NCBI GenBank assembly: GCA_965249135.1 | Contig: OZ252220.1 | Span: forward strand, 742,497-806,496 | Source of the DNA: Alphaproteobacteria bacterium | Lineage (GTDB): Bacteria > Pseudomonadota > Alphaproteobacteria > GCA-2746255 | Direction: 5' to 3' | Length of the DNA stretch: 64,000 nt | Shown here: one piece after another, positions 8,720 through 19,947 of the stretch | How positions within the stretch are numbered: the first letter of the stretch is position 1 | How the letters are laid out: every line of letters begins with the position of its first letter | Position numbers and translations under genes: made by a program | Notes under the pieces: model-generated | Seen by the model: only the letters and a program-made list of their open reading frames with translations | Database searches by the model: none | Told to the model about the DNA's origin: nothing

Positions 8720-10507
8720 CTATTCCTCTTTTTTCTTAGGCGGCGGGAGTTCACGGAGATGCAGCTCACCAAGCCGCTTCGGCGTCACCGGCGAGGGCGC
8801 CTGCATCAAAAGATCCTCGGCGTTCTGGTTCATCGGAAACGGAATCACCTCGCGGATGTTCGGCTCACCGGCAAGCAGCATGACGATACGGTCAAGGCCC
8901 GGCGCAACGCCCCCATGGGGTGGCGCGCCGAACTTGAGCGCGTTTAACATGCCGCCAAAGCGCGACTCGACGTCCGCTTGCGAATAACCGGCGATGGCGA
9001 AGGCCTTGTACATGACGTCCGGCAGGTGGTTACGGATTGCGCCGCTCGACAGTTCGACCCCGTTGCAGACGATGTCGTACTGATAGGCCTTGATGCGAAG
9101 GGGGTCTTCCTTTTCCAGCGCTTCCAGTCCTCCTTGCGGCATCGAAAAGGGGTTGTGGCTGAATCCAATTTTCCCGGTTTCCTCATCCAGCTGATAGAGC
9201 GGGTAATCGGTGATCCAGCAAAATCGAAAGGCGTCCTTCTCCAGCAGGTCCAGATCATGGCTGAGCTTGTCGCGGACGGTGCCGACGAACTTCGCCGATG
9301 CAGGTTTCGAATCGCAGACAAAGAAAAGGGAATCGCCATCGCCCACGCCGGCCGTCTCACGCAAAGCCCGCAGGCGTGCCTCGTCCAGGAACTTCGCGAT
9401 CGGCCCCTTGGCAGTCCCTTTCTCAAACACGATGTAGCCGAGCCCCGCCGCCCCTTCCTCCCGCGCCCATTCGTTCAACTTGTCGAAGAAACTCCGTGGC
9501 CGCGAGGCGGTGTCGGGACCGGGGATGGCGCGAACGACGGCGCCCTTCTCGATCGCACCGGCAAAAATCTTGAAGTCCGACCCCCGAAAGGCCTCCGTCA
9601 CGTCGGAAACGCGCAACGGATTGCGCAGGTCCGGCTTGTCCGTGCCGAAGATCTCCATGGCTTCGTCGTACGGAATCCGCGGGAAAGGCTGCGGGTTCAC
9701 GGACCGGCCGGCCGCGAACTCTTCGAACAGGCCATGCAGCACCGGCTCGATGGCTTCGAAGACGTCCTCCTGGGTCACGAAGGACACCTCGATATCGAGT
9801 TGGTAGAACTCGCCGGGCGAGCGGTCGGCGCGCGCGTCTTCGTCGCGAAAGCAGGGTGCAATCTGAAAGTAGCGATCGAATCCCGCCACCATCAGAAGCT
9901 GCTTGTACTGCTGCGGCGCCTGGGGAAGCGCGTAGAAACAACCGGGATGAAGGCGGCTCGGGACCAGGTAGTCGCGGGCACCTTCCGGTGAGCTGGACGT
10001 CAGGATCGGCGTCTGAAATTCCGTGAAGCCGGCCTCCGTCATGCGGCGGCGAATGCTTGTGACGATGCCCGTGCGAAGCAGCATGTTCGCATGCATCTTT
10101 TCCCGGCGCAGATCGAGGAAACGGTATCTGAGGCGCGTTTCCTCCGGATAGTCCATCTCGCTGTTGACCTGCAGCGGCAGCATGTCGGCGGCCGACTGGA
10201 CGGCGAACGCCTCGATCCGGACCTCGACATCGCCGGTCGGTAGCTCCGGGTTCGCCGTATCTTCGGAACGCGCAACGACCTTCCCGGTGACGGTGATGAC
10301 GCTTTCCGTGCGCGTGTCCTCGGCGAGTTGAAAGATCGGACTCGTCGTCTCGACGACGCATTGGGAAAGCCCATAATGGTCACGAAGGTCGACAAAGAGC
10401 AGGCCGCCATGGTCGCGCTTGCGATGGATCCAGCCGGAAAGCCGCACAACCTCACCGACATGGGAGAGCCGTAACTCGCCGCAGGTATGGGTCCGGTAAG
10501 GGTGCAT
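8720..10507 (-). CDS. aspS: Aspartate--tRNA ligase (probably non-discriminating Asp/Asn)
   Basis: [47 protein letters not shown]. Confidence 0.97.
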   Translation of the reverse strand: MHPYRTHTCGELRLSHVGEVVRLSGWIHRKRDHGGLLFVDLRDHYGLSQCVVETTSPIFQLAEDTRTESVITVTGKVVARSEDTANPELPTGDVEVRIEAFAVQSAADMLPLQVNSEMDYPEETRLRYRFLDLRREKMHANMLLRTGIVTSIRRRMTEAGFTEFQTPILTSSSPEGARDYLVPSRLHPGCFYALPQAPQQYKQLLMVAGFDRYFQIAPCFRDEDARADRSPGEFYQLDIEVSFVTQEDVFEAIEPVLHGLFEEFAAGRSVNPQPFPRIPYDEAMEIFGTDKPDLRNPLRVSDVTEAFRGSDFKIFAGAIEKGAVVRAIPGPDTASRPRSFFDKLNEWAREEGAAGLGYIVFEKGTAKGPIAKFLDEARLRALRETAGVGDGDSLFFVCDSKPASAKFVGTVRDKLSHDLDLLEKDAFRFCWITDYPLYQLDEETGKIGFSHNPFSMPQGGLEALEKEDPLRIKAYQYDIVCNGVELSSGAIRNHLPDVMYKAFAIAGYSQADVESRFGGMLNALKFGAPPHGGVAPGLDRIVMLLAGEPNIREVIPFPMNQNAEDLLMQAPSPVTPKRLGELHLRELPPPKKKEE

Positions 10508-10688
10508 CATCCTCCGTCTCCGGCGGCAGAGGCTGCCAATCGGTAACGTGTCTGCGCGTCCCGCGGGCAGCCGTGACGGCGGGAACAGCGCACGAAACAA
10601 TCCAGTTTGTCAAGGCGTCTCGATCACCCTTGTCAGCCACAAGGGACTTCGCTTTCGCCGATACCCGTTTTTCGTGTATAGCTCGCCC

Positions 10689-11843
10689 ATGCAAGTGATT
10701 ACCGACACGGCTGCGCTTTCCAAGCTCTGCGAGCGTCTGTCTGCGACCGATTACATCACCGTCGATACGGAGTTTATCCGCGAGAAAACTTACTGGCCGC
10801 AGCTCTGCCTCGTCCAGGTAGCCGGCCCGGACGAGGCGGCGGCGATCGACCCTTTGGCAGCGGGGCTCGACCTAAGCCCGCTCCTTGAGCTAATGGCAAA
10901 CAAAGACGTGCTCAAGGTGTTCCATGCCTCCCGTCAGGACATCGAAATTTTCTACCTCTTGAACGAAACGATCCCCGCCCCGCTGTTCGACACGCAGATC
11001 GCGGCGATGGCATGCGGTTTCGGCGATTCGATCGCCTATGAAACCCTCGTCAGGCGGCTAGCGAATGCCCGCATCGATAAGGCGCAACGTTTTACGGATT
11101 GGGCGCATCGCCCCTTAAGCCAGAAGCAGCTCGAATATGCGCTGGCCGACGTCACGCACCTGCGCATCATCTATGAGAAGCTCGATGCGAAGTTGAAGGC
11201 GACGAAACGAATGAGTTGGCTGGAGAGCGAGGTGAAGATCCTCACGGACCCCGGCACCTACCGTCTCGAGCCGAACAAGGCGTGGCGAAGGTTGAAGACG
11301 CGGAATACAGACCGACGTTTTCTTGGCACCGTCCGCGAAATCGCCGCCCTTCGGGAAAGGATGGCCCAAGAGCAGGACGTGCCGCGCAATCGCATCTTGC
11401 GCGACGATGCGATTCTCGAAATCGCCGCTCAGCTACCGGAAAGCCCGAATGATCTCCGGCGGTGCCGGGGGATCGGCAAGTCGGCGGCCGAAAATCGCCT
11501 GGGCGAGGCCATCTTGGCGGCCGTCAAGACCGCCCGCGCGCTTCCAGAAAAGGCGTTGCCGGTCCCCCTCAAGCGACCGGGAAAGCCGAGTGGCATCGGG
11601 CCGGTGGTCGACCTTCTGAAGGTGCTGCTCAAGATGCAATGCGAGGAACACTCCGTCGCCCAGAAGCTGATTGCGACCAGCGACGAAATCGAACGGATTG
11701 CCGCCGACGACGAGGCGGACGTTCCAGCACTTCGCGGCTGGCGGCGGGAAGTGTTCGGGGCCGCGGCACTCGCCCTAAAACATGGGGATCTGGCGCTTGC
11801 CATCGAGAAAGACGGGGTGCGCCTCGTCCCTTCGAAAGGCTAG
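10689..11843 (+). CDS. rnd: Ribonuclease D
   Basis: VDTEFIREKTYWPQLCLVQ, FDTQIAA, TDW..RPLS..QLEYALADV, HRDC domain; divergent from aspS. Confidence 0.95.
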   Translation: MQVITDTAALSKLCERLSATDYITVDTEFIREKTYWPQLCLVQVAGPDEAAAIDPLAAGLDLSPLLELMANKDVLKVFHASRQDIEIFYLLNETIPAPLFDTQIAAMACGFGDSIAYETLVRRLANARIDKAQRFTDWAHRPLSQKQLEYALADVTHLRIIYEKLDAKLKATKRMSWLESEVKILTDPGTYRLEPNKAWRRLKTRNTDRRFLGTVREIAALRERMAQEQDVPRNRILRDDAILEIAAQLPESPNDLRRCRGIGKSAAENRLGEAILAAVKTARALPEKALPVPLKRPGKPSGIGPVVDLLKVLLKMQCEEHSVAQKLIATSDEIERIAADDEADVPALRGWRREVFGAAALALKHGDLALAIEKDGVRLVPSKG

Positions 11844-12511
11844 TTCTCGCCCCCCAGAATTTCACGGACGAAGGACACGGTGATGCGTCGCCGGCGTGCC
11901 AGGGCTGCCGCATCGAGCGCTTCGACGGCTTCGCCCGCCGTGGCGAAGGAGCGCTCGATCCGGCTTAGAAGATAGGCGACGACCTCTTCCCCGACGACGA
12001 CTTGGCGATCGTTGAAGAGCTTGACCAGCACAGCGGCAAAGAGCCGGTCATCGGGGGGCCCTAGGCGGACGGCCGGAAGGGCGATCAGGCGCGAGCGAAG
12101 GTCGGCAAGCGCGATTTGCCAACGCGCCGGCGGCTCCCGATCCATCAAAAGCAGATGCCCTTTGCGTTCGGCAAGCACGTTGTAGAGATGGAGAAGCGCA
12201 TTTTCGTCGCAATCGCCGCCCGCGCCCTCGACGATGCACGCCCGCGCACCCTGCAGAATCCCGCGTGGCTCGGTTGCGACGAGTGCGCTTGCCAGAACAA
12301 GCGGCGCTTTCGTCTTCGTCTGCCAGACATGTGCTAAATGCGTCTTGCCGCAGCCCGGCGGCCCGTAAAGAACAAGCCCGTTGCCCTGCCAGTCCGGCCA
12401 GCGGTCGATCCATGCGACGGCCGCCTCGTTCGAAGGGGCGACCAGGAAATCCTCATCCCCGAACGCCGGGCGGTGGCCAAGATCGAGGGGAAGCTGCAGC
12501 GCGCCGGTCAC
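11840..12511 (-). CDS. hdaA: DnaA regulatory inactivator HdaA
   Basis: N-terminal QLPLDL clamp-binding motif, Walker A GPPGCGKTHL, DLRSRL; GTG start overlaps the upstream TGA. Confidence 0.88.
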   Translation of the reverse strand: MTGALQLPLDLGHRPAFGDEDFLVAPSNEAAVAWIDRWPDWQGNGLVLYGPPGCGKTHLAHVWQTKTKAPLVLASALVATEPRGILQGARACIVEGAGGDCDENALLHLYNVLAERKGHLLLMDREPPARWQIALADLRSRLIALPAVRLGPPDDRLFAAVLVKLFNDRQVVVGEEVVAYLLSRIERSFATAGEAVEALDAAALARRRRITVSFVREILGGEN

Positions 12512-13584
12512 GGCCCGTCCGATCCATCGCCGCCGGACGCTCCCAAATGGTAATCGCTCGCCAGGTAACGCTGCACCCCGAAACGTCCCATGACCCCGAT
12601 GACCGCCGCAATCGGGACCGCCAGCAGCAGGCCTAAGAAACCGCCGACGGTAGCACCTGCAAAGAGCGCGAAGATGACCCACACCGGATGCAGGCCAACG
12701 CGTTCGCCGACCAGTTTCGGCGTCACGAAATTTCCTTCGATCACCTGGCCGGCGAGAAAGACGCCGGCAACGATCGCCACCGGAAGCCAATCGGAAAACT
12801 GAAGCAGCGCCAGCGTCATGCCGACGGCGAACCCGATGAGCATGCCGAAATACGGGATGAACGAGATGAGGCCCGTCCCAAAGCCGATGACGAGCCCGAA
12901 ATCGAGGCCGGCCAGCGTGAGGCCGATGCCGTAGAACAGACCCAGCAAAACGCAAACCATCGCCTGGCCTCGCACGAACCCGGCCAGCGTGTGATCGATT
13001 TCACGAAGTTGCCCGCGGATCACCTCGGCCTGCGCCTTCGGCAGCCAGCCGTCGACGCGCCGGACGATCTTGTCCCAGTCGCGAAGCAGGTAAAAGATGA
13101 CGATCGGCGTTATCAGAAGCAGCGAGATCAGGTTAAAAAGCGCGAGCCCGCCGCTCAAAATTCTTTCGGCGATGCCGCCCACCCAACCCAGCATCTTGCC
13201 GGCCTCCGCGCCGGCCGCGGCTTCGATCTTGCCGACGATCTCCGGCGAAAGCCCGGCGAACAGTTGCGTCACGTAAGGGACCAGCGTCTCGCGGACTTCT
13301 CTTAAGTAATCCGGAACGCGTTCGGCAAAGGCCGTGATCTGATTTTCCAGAACCGGCCAGAAAAGCAGCAAGAAGAGAAAAATAAGCAGGTAGAAGCCAA
13401 GCATGGTCAGGATCGCCGCAAGGGTGCGCGAACGCGCCACCGCCTGGAGGCGATCGGCGATGGGGTCCAGGAAGTATGCGACCCCCAGGCCCACGACGAA
13501 CGGCAGCAGGATGTCCCGGAAGAGATAGAGAAACGCCACAAAAAGAAGGGCGGCGATGCTCCAGAACCGAAGAGATCTTGTCAT
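12508..13584 (-). CDS. AI-2E family transporter (PerM-like)
   Basis: Multi-TM; FVRGQ, FIPYFG, QVIEGNFVTPKLVG, GLHPVWVIFAL. Confidence 0.9.
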   Translation of the reverse strand: MTRSLRFWSIAALLFVAFLYLFRDILLPFVVGLGVAYFLDPIADRLQAVARSRTLAAILTMLGFYLLIFLFLLLFWPVLENQITAFAERVPDYLREVRETLVPYVTQLFAGLSPEIVGKIEAAAGAEAGKMLGWVGGIAERILSGGLALFNLISLLLITPIVIFYLLRDWDKIVRRVDGWLPKAQAEVIRGQLREIDHTLAGFVRGQAMVCVLLGLFYGIGLTLAGLDFGLVIGFGTGLISFIPYFGMLIGFAVGMTLALLQFSDWLPVAIVAGVFLAGQVIEGNFVTPKLVGERVGLHPVWVIFALFAGATVGGFLGLLLAVPIAAVIGVMGRFGVQRYLASDYHLGASGGDGSDGP

Positions 13585-13591
13585 CTAAGCC

Positions 13592-14143
13592 CTACTCCTC
13601 CAATCCAGCCGCCCGCTGCGACCAGACCACGATATAGCACCCGCCCGAGAACACCGTCGATGCCGCAACGAAATAGACGAGGATTTCCGTCAATGTCGCG
13701 ACCGGGAGCTGCAAACCAAGCCCGGCCAGGACGACGCCTGCCAAAAGAATCTGCGCCAGCGTGTTGAGTTTGCCGCTGACCAGTGGCCGCATATGCAACT
13801 GGCTGGTCAGGCCCCGGAACACCATGGCGCCACCGACGATCACCAGATCACGGAAAATGGAGAGCGTAACCAGCCACATCGGAAGATGCCCCGCCACGCC
13901 GAGCGAGATAAAGACCCCCATCAAAAGCGCCTTGTCCGCAATCGGATCCAGATAGGCGCCAAGGATCGTGCGGGAGTCGAACCGCTTGGCGATGAAGCCG
14001 TCGACGCCATCCGAGATGCTCGCCACGAGGAACAGCCAAAAGGCGGCGGTGAAAGCCTGCTCAAGCAGTAGCCACAGCACCAGCGGCACGGCGAGGAGCC
14101 GCAGGAGACTGATGATATTGGGTATGGTCGCCATCCCGTTCAT
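13592..14143 (-). CDS. CDP-alcohol phosphatidyltransferase (PgsA/cardiolipin synthase-like)
   Basis: TIPNIISLLRL; SDGVDGFIAKR...LGAYLDPIADK motif. Confidence 0.9.
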   Translation of the reverse strand: MNGMATIPNIISLLRLLAVPLVLWLLLEQAFTAAFWLFLVASISDGVDGFIAKRFDSRTILGAYLDPIADKALLMGVFISLGVAGHLPMWLVTLSIFRDLVIVGGAMVFRGLTSQLHMRPLVSGKLNTLAQILLAGVVLAGLGLQLPVATLTEILVYFVAASTVFSGGCYIVVWSQRAAGLEE

Positions 14144-14165
14144 CGCCGGATTCGCATGCACGTTC

Positions 14166-15335
14166 TCACGGCGCACCCTCCGCCCCACCCTCCAGTTTCA
14201 AGACAAGGGCCTGGCCTCCCCGATAGGACTGGAAGGAAAGGACGAGATCGCTTTGCAAGAGCGCCCGTTGTAGCTGCATGCCACCCCCCTGAAAACGTAG
14301 CCGGATCCGCGCCTCTTCGTGGGAAAGGTAGACAAGCCGGCTTTCGAGGACGGAGGGGATGCGCTCAAGGCGCCTCTCGATTTCTAGCCAATCCTCCAGT
14401 CCCTGCAACGGCGTGACCACCGTCACCTCGCCCTCTTCCCCCGACTGCAAGAGATTGTCAAGCTTCCAGCTTTCCTCGATGCGATGCAGCGTCTGCTCGA
14501 CCGCCTGGCGAAGCAGATCCTTAAGCAATTCGCGACCGGTTCCCACGAAACTCGCCACGTAGACGTCTCCCCAGGCGCCGGCGCCATAGCGGCTTAGACT
14601 CAAATAGATGGCCGGAAGATTGAGAAAGGCCGCCGTCGTCGAACGGACTTGGGCGACAAGCGTTGCCGTCGCATCGTAGCGTTTCGATACCGTGTCCAGG
14701 CGATCCTGATCGCCAAGTGCGGCTTGGGCCGCATCGATGGCGGCGACGTCCTCGAGATCGCCAAGGGGAAGGACGAACGGCACGAGCCCATCACGCGGGG
14801 TCAGCACCACCCACACATCCCACCAGGGATTCGGGCCTCGCCAAAGCATTCGTTCTTCCCCGGAATCAAAAACGGGCAGGACGAGAACCGGTTTGCTGCG
14901 AGTCGTCGCATATGGAATTTCGTGGCCCTGAAGGAACTTCAGGAATTCGTCGCCTTTGAAATGAACCGTCAGCTTTGCGAGGTAACGAATCCCGGACGTT
15001 TTTTCGTCCCGTACCTCGAAGGCGCGCACCAGATTGGCGATGTCATCCGGCTTGATCTCCGGAAGGCGCGCCCGATCCTGACGCAGCGTCAGCCGATCGA
15101 ACAGGCGCAGGAAGGCCTCGTACTGGCCCTCGGCGAGGGCCACCTTGCGCGCCTGGTCGGCGGCACGGGCAGTGGCATCGACGGCCACGTCTTCCACCGT
15201 AAAGACATCCACCGATGCGGCATGCGCGGCGGCGGCAAAGCCAAGCGCGGCGGCAACCACGAAGGCAGCCGCAAGGCGCCAAGTCGAACAAAGGGCCATT
15301 GCAAACCGTCGGCGATCAAGTATCTTCAGCGTCAC
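14166..15335 (-). CDS. DUF2066-family exported protein
   Basis: Signal peptide, [23 protein letters not shown]; usual neighbour of purM. Confidence 0.7.
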   Translation of the reverse strand: MTLKILDRRRFAMALCSTWRLAAAFVVAAALGFAAAAHAASVDVFTVEDVAVDATARAADQARKVALAEGQYEAFLRLFDRLTLRQDRARLPEIKPDDIANLVRAFEVRDEKTSGIRYLAKLTVHFKGDEFLKFLQGHEIPYATTRSKPVLVLPVFDSGEERMLWRGPNPWWDVWVVLTPRDGLVPFVLPLGDLEDVAAIDAAQAALGDQDRLDTVSKRYDATATLVAQVRSTTAAFLNLPAIYLSLSRYGAGAWGDVYVASFVGTGRELLKDLLRQAVEQTLHRIEESWKLDNLLQSGEEGEVTVVTPLQGLEDWLEIERRLERIPSVLESRLVYLSHEEARIRLRFQGGGMQLQRALLQSDLVLSFQSYRGGQALVLKLEGGAEGAP

Positions 15336-15383
15336 AAGGCATGCTCGGATTCACATACTATACCTATCACGGGCGGAACGGCC

Positions 15384-16448
15384 ATTAACAGCCGCACGTA
15401 CAAAGGGGCAGGCGTCGATATCGAGGCCGGTGCGGCCCTCGTCGAAGCGATCAAACCGCTTGCAGGCAGAACCGCCCGCAAGGGAGCGCTCGGCGGCCTG
15501 GGCGGGTTTGGCGGCCTCTTCGATGTGACGGCCGCAGGTTTTCACGATCCCGTTCTCGTCGCGGCGACGGATGGGGTCGGCACGAAGCTCAAGATTGCCA
15601 TCGCCACCGGCCGCCATGAAACGATCGGGATCGACCTCGTGGCGATGTGCGTGAACGACATCGTCGTGCAGGGTGCGGAACCGCTTTTCTTTCTGGACTA
15701 TTTCGCCACCGCGAATTTGAACGTCGAGACGGCGAAACGCGTGCTTGGCGGCGTTGCGGAAGGCTGCATCGAAGCGGGTTGCGCGTTGATCGGGGGGGAG
15801 ACCGCCGAGATGCCGGACATGTATGAGAAAACCGACTACGAGCTTGCCGGTTTCGCCGTCGGTGCCGTCGAGCGAACGCGCCTGCTTACCGGCGAAACGG
15901 TGGCGCCTGGCGATACCGTGCTAGGCCTGCAGTCGAACGGCCTGCACGCGAACGGCTTCTCCCTTGTCCGGCGGATCATCAAGGATGCAAAGCTTGCCTT
16001 CGACGATGCCTGCCCGTTCGATCAAAGCCGAAGCCTTGGCGAAGCCCTGCTTCAACCGACTCGAATCTATGTGAAAAGTGCGCTTCGGGCGCTTGGCTCC
16101 GGAAAAGTAAAGGCGCTCGCCCACATCACCGGCGGCGGGCTCGTGGAAAACGTGCCGCGCGTCCTTCCCGAGGCGCTCGTCGCCGAAATCGACGCCACCG
16201 CCTGGCCCTATCCGTCTATTTTCCGCATGCTCGCCGAGGCGGGCAGGGTGACGCCTGTGGAAATGGCACGCACCTTCAATTGCGGCATCGGCATGGTGGC
16301 GATTGTGGCGCCCGAGGATGCGGCCGAGATCGAAGGCCATCTCCGGGAAGGGGGCGAGATCGTGCATACGATCGGCAAGATCGCAAAAGGCACAGGCCGG
16401 CCGGCAACCGTCCAGTTGAAAGGGATCGAGGCGGCATGGGCCGGGTAA
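15384..16448 (+). CDS. purM: Phosphoribosylformylglycinamidine cyclo-ligase (AIR synthase); non-canonical start
   Basis: [49 protein letters not shown]. No in-frame ATG/GTG/TTG lies near the N-terminus, so ATT at 15384 is used. Confidence 0.93.
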   Translation: MNSRTYKGAGVDIEAGAALVEAIKPLAGRTARKGALGGLGGFGGLFDVTAAGFHDPVLVAATDGVGTKLKIAIATGRHETIGIDLVAMCVNDIVVQGAEPLFFLDYFATANLNVETAKRVLGGVAEGCIEAGCALIGGETAEMPDMYEKTDYELAGFAVGAVERTRLLTGETVAPGDTVLGLQSNGLHANGFSLVRRIIKDAKLAFDDACPFDQSRSLGEALLQPTRIYVKSALRALGSGKVKALAHITGGGLVENVPRVLPEALVAEIDATAWPYPSIFRMLAEAGRVTPVEMARTFNCGIGMVAIVAPEDAAEIEGHLREGGEIVHTIGKIAKGTGRPATVQLKGIEAAWAG

Positions 16449-17098
16449 AGGTCGGCGTCCTTATTTCCGGACGCGGCAGCAATCTCGAGGCCTTGATGGC
16501 GGCCTGCAAGGCGGCCGACTATCCGGCCGAGATCGTTCTCGTCATCTCGAACGTAGAAGGCGCGAAGGGGCTGGGCCTTGCGGAACGCGACCATATTCCG
16601 ACCCGGGTGATCCCGCACAAGGATTTTCCAGATCGCGCCGCCTTCGATACGGCCCTCGATGCGGCCCTAAAGGAGGCAGGCGTCGAGATCGTCTGCCTGG
16701 CCGGTTTCATGCGCCTCCTTGGCAAGAAATTCGCCGAGGATTGGCGGGATCGGGTCCTCAACATCCACCCCTCCCTGCTTCCCGCCTTCCCCGGCCTGGA
16801 CACCCATCGTAAAGCGCTCGACGCCGGCGTGAAGATCAGCGGCTGCACGGTGCACATCGTCCGCCCGGAACTGGACGACGGCCCCATCGTCGTCCAGGCG
16901 GCGGTGCCGGTCGCCGCGGACGACACGCCCGCCACGCTTGCCGCCCGGATTCTCGAGATGGAACACCGGTGCTATCCGCTGGCCCTGCGTCTGCTTGCTT
17001 CGGGCAAGATCCACATACAAGGCAATGTAGCCGCCATCAAAGGTGGGCCGCCCAAAGCCGGTTTCCTCAACCCGGCCGGGCAAGCCCGGCCAAACTAA
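16436..17098 (+). CDS. purN: Phosphoribosylglycinamide formyltransferase
   Basis: [33 protein letters not shown]. Confidence 0.96.
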   Translation: MGRVKVGVLISGRGSNLEALMAACKAADYPAEIVLVISNVEGAKGLGLAERDHIPTRVIPHKDFPDRAAFDTALDAALKEAGVEIVCLAGFMRLLGKKFAEDWRDRVLNIHPSLLPAFPGLDTHRKALDAGVKISGCTVHIVRPELDDGPIVVQAAVPVAADDTPATLAARILEMEHRCYPLALRLLASGKIHIQGNVAAIKGGPPKAGFLNPAGQARPN

Positions 17099-17200
17099 CC
17101 GGAGGGCCAAGCCCCCGAAGGTGTTCCCTTGAGCGGCAATCTGCGCTATATCAGCGGGCGAACCTTGACCGCAGTCTAACGAGCTTAAGGAGTGGTGACG

Positions 17201-17323
17201 ATGGCCGACGATCATGATCTTCAATCCCACCAGAACATGTGGGCCGGCTTCTTGAAACTGATCTGGGTCTCGGCTGGCGCAACGGTCATTCTGTTGAGCC
17301 TGATGGCGTATTTCTTGGTTTAA
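17201..17323 (+). CDS. aa3-type cytochrome c oxidase subunit IV-like small membrane protein (absent from ORF track)
   Basis: AAGGAG RBS at 17187; MADDHDLQSHQNMWAGFLKLIWVSAGATVILLSLMAYFLV* (40 aa; H-x3-W/Y-x-GF-x-K followed by one TM ending LMAxFLV). Confidence 0.75.
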   Translation: MADDHDLQSHQNMWAGFLKLIWVSAGATVILLSLMAYFLV

Positions 17324-17345
17324 GGCTTAACGCTTCGCTTCCTAC

Positions 17346-17768
17346 CTAACCGACGATCTCCGCCTCTTTAAAGAAGAAGTCGATTTCCTTCTTCGCATTC
17401 TCTAGCGAATCGGATCCGTGAACGGAATTCGCTTCGATCGATTCGGCGAATGCTTTACGGATCGTGCCCTCTTTCGCCTCCGCCGGGTTCGTCGCCCCCA
17501 TGACCTCGCGATTGCGGCGAACGGCGTCCTCGCCCTCGAGGGCCTGCACGACGATGGCGCCGGACGTCATGAAGGTGCAAAGACCGTCGAAGAAGGGCCG
17601 CTCGGCGTGCACCTCGTAGAAGGCTTCCGCCTCCTTCCGTGTCAGCCGCAGGCGTTTTTGAGCGACGATGCAAAGCCCCGCTTCTTCAAGCATCGCATTG
17701 ATCCGGCCGGTCAGATTCCGGCGCGTCGCATCCGGCTTGATGATGGAAAGCGTTCGTTCAACGGCCAT
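17346..17768 (-). CDS. ndk: Nucleoside diphosphate kinase
   Basis: [25 protein letters not shown]. Confidence 0.97.
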   Translation of the reverse strand: MAVERTLSIIKPDATRRNLTGRINAMLEEAGLCIVAQKRLRLTRKEAEAFYEVHAERPFFDGLCTFMTSGAIVVQALEGEDAVRRNREVMGATNPAEAKEGTIRKAFAESIEANSVHGSDSLENAKKEIDFFFKEAEIVG

Positions 17769-17773
17769 TCGCC

Positions 17774-18226
17774 TCAACCTTCCTTCTTCTCCCAGCCGCC
17801 GCCCGGCGTCTGCTGCCAGTAGATGAGTTCATGGCCCTCTTCCCGATAGCGCCGCCACCGCTCGCGCGCGGCTGCGACGGCGTGCTCGTCCCGGCCATCG
17901 AAAAGCTCGAGGCAGCGTTCGTACTCTCCCATTCGCTCGGAAGCCATGCCGTCCGTCAGCACGAGAACGGAAGCGCCGTTCGGATTCTCGTCCTCGGTCG
18001 TCAGCCAAACCGGCTGGTCTTCCCCATGGCCGTCCTGGCGGCTGCCATGGGGCAAGAAGGAATGGGGCGCCAACGTCCAAAGCGCTGCGTCGAGCATCCC
18101 GACCCGCTCCTCGGAACCGGCGAGCACGATGGCCCGCGCCTTGTTCGCCAGAACCTTCTCGAGGAGCTGTGCCAGCGCCTGTTCCAGCGTGCTTCGCTGC
18201 AGATGGTAGAAGTTGATCGCCGTCAT
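17774..18226 (-). CDS. holC: DNA polymerase III chi subunit
   Basis: FYHL..LEQAL..LLEK, LWT..SFLPHG, QPVWLT, AARERW. Confidence 0.92.
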   Translation of the reverse strand: MTAINFYHLQRSTLEQALAQLLEKVLANKARAIVLAGSEERVGMLDAALWTLAPHSFLPHGSRQDGHGEDQPVWLTTEDENPNGASVLVLTDGMASERMGEYERCLELFDGRDEHAVAAARERWRRYREEGHELIYWQQTPGGGWEKKEG

Positions 18227-18239
18227 CGTGCGGACGTGG

Positions 18240-19745
18240 CTACCTTCCTTCGTAATTGTCCGCAACGAAGCGGTTTAGCAGGCGTACGCCGAATCCCGTC
18301 CCACCCTTCGGCACGGTCGGTTTCTTCCGCGTCGACCACGTCACGCCGGCGATATCGATATGGGCCCACGGGATGTCCTGAATGTAGCGCTTCAGGAACT
18401 GGGCCGCCGTGCTGCTGCCAGCGCCACGGCCGGAGCCGACGTTCTTCATGTCGGCGATGTCGGAGTCGATGTCCTTGTCATACGCCTCATCGAGCGGCAT
18501 CCGCCACAGGCGTTCGCCCTCCTTCTCCCCGGCATTGGCTAATTTGGCGGCGAGCTTGTCGTCCGTTGCGAAGAGCCCGGCAAACTCCGTGCCAAGCGCC
18601 ACGATGATCGCACCGGTAAGCGTTGCAAGATCGACGATGACTTTTGGCTTGAAGCGGTCCTGGCAATACCAAAGGGCGTCCGCGAGCACGAGCCTTCCTT
18701 CCGCATCCGTATTGATGACCTCGACCGTCTGACCGGACATCGAGGTTACGACGTCGCCCGGACGCTGCGCCGTCCCCGACGGCATGTTCTCGACTAGCCC
18801 GATGATTCCGACGGCATTCACCCGCGCCTTACGGGCCGCCAGCGCGCGAAGAACGCCGAGCACGACGGCGGATCCGCCCATGTCCCACTTCATGTCCTCC
18901 ATGTGGGCGGAAGGTTTGATCGATATCCCGCCGCTGTCGAAGGTGACGCCCTTCCCGACGAAGGCGATCGGGGACTTGTCCTTCGCGCGTTTCGCGGCGC
19001 CCAACCAGCGCAGCACGACGATACGTGGCTTTCGCACGCTTCCTTGGGCAACCCCCAAAAGCGCGCCCATGCCAAGCTTCCGCATATCCGTTTCATCAAG
19101 GACTTCGACCTTGACGCCCAAGCGGCGGAGCTTGAGCGCCTCGCGCGCCAGGGTTTCCGGATAAATGACATTCGCCGGCTCCGAAACGAGATCGCGCGTG
19201 AAGAAGACGCTGTCTGCAACCTTCTCCAGCGGCTCGTAGCGACGTCTGGCCTGGGCCGCCCCCTTCAACTGAATGGAAAGCCGTTCGAGTGACGGTTTCG
19301 CGTCCGGCTTCTTTTTCTTCCGGTATTTGTCGAAACGATAGCTACTTAAAGTGGCGCCATAGGCAATGCTCGTGGCGATCTCCAAGGCGCGCACTTTGCA
19401 GCCGGTCGGCCGATCGACGAGCACCGTTCCGTCCTTTTCTTTGGCCGCATTGATTTGGCTGACGATTTCCCCGCCGATATTCTGGAAAGCGATTTCGGAA
19501 AGGTCCTTCGCGCTGCCAAGGCCGATGAGAATGATCTGGCTGGCCTGAATATTCCGAGGCGCCAAAAGCTTCAGCGTCTGCTTCCGCTTGCCTTCGAAAT
19601 GCCCACCCTTGATGGCGCGTTTGATGGCGCCTTCACTTTCTTTGTCGAGGTTGGCTGCCGCCGCACTCAAGCGGTTGCCTTCGGGCACGCCGATGACGAT
19701 GGCACCGGTCTTCAACGGACGTGGTTCGGAGAAATCGATTTTCAT
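18240..19745 (-). CDS. pepA: Leucyl aminopeptidase (M17)
   Basis: VGKGVTFDSGG, MKWDMGG, NTDAEGRL. Confidence 0.96.
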   Translation of the reverse strand: MKIDFSEPRPLKTGAIVIGVPEGNRLSAAAANLDKESEGAIKRAIKGGHFEGKRKQTLKLLAPRNIQASQIILIGLGSAKDLSEIAFQNIGGEIVSQINAAKEKDGTVLVDRPTGCKVRALEIATSIAYGATLSSYRFDKYRKKKKPDAKPSLERLSIQLKGAAQARRRYEPLEKVADSVFFTRDLVSEPANVIYPETLAREALKLRRLGVKVEVLDETDMRKLGMGALLGVAQGSVRKPRIVVLRWLGAAKRAKDKSPIAFVGKGVTFDSGGISIKPSAHMEDMKWDMGGSAVVLGVLRALAARKARVNAVGIIGLVENMPSGTAQRPGDVVTSMSGQTVEVINTDAEGRLVLADALWYCQDRFKPKVIVDLATLTGAIIVALGTEFAGLFATDDKLAAKLANAGEKEGERLWRMPLDEAYDKDIDSDIADMKNVGSGRGAGSSTAAQFLKRYIQDIPWAHIDIAGVTWSTRKKPTVPKGGTGFGVRLLNRFVADNYEGR

Positions 19746-19947
19746 GAACGGGCCCTCCCCAACTCCGTGATCAAGGGGTTTGCACTCACCTGCCCCCTAC
19801 TCTACCGATCCACGAGACAAAGAAAAGTGGGACGTCCGGTCGGCACGAGGCGCCTCAAAAAGCGCTCGCCCCTTCCATAACTGTCCGGAAAACAGTAAAG
19901 AATGCCTGTCTGCCTCGGGATGGCAGGACTATAATCCGGCTCGAAGC

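Noticed and set aside
14649..15383. 245-aa N-terminal extension of PurM
   Set aside because: Antisense shadow of the DUF2066 gene; PurM homology starts at about 15396.
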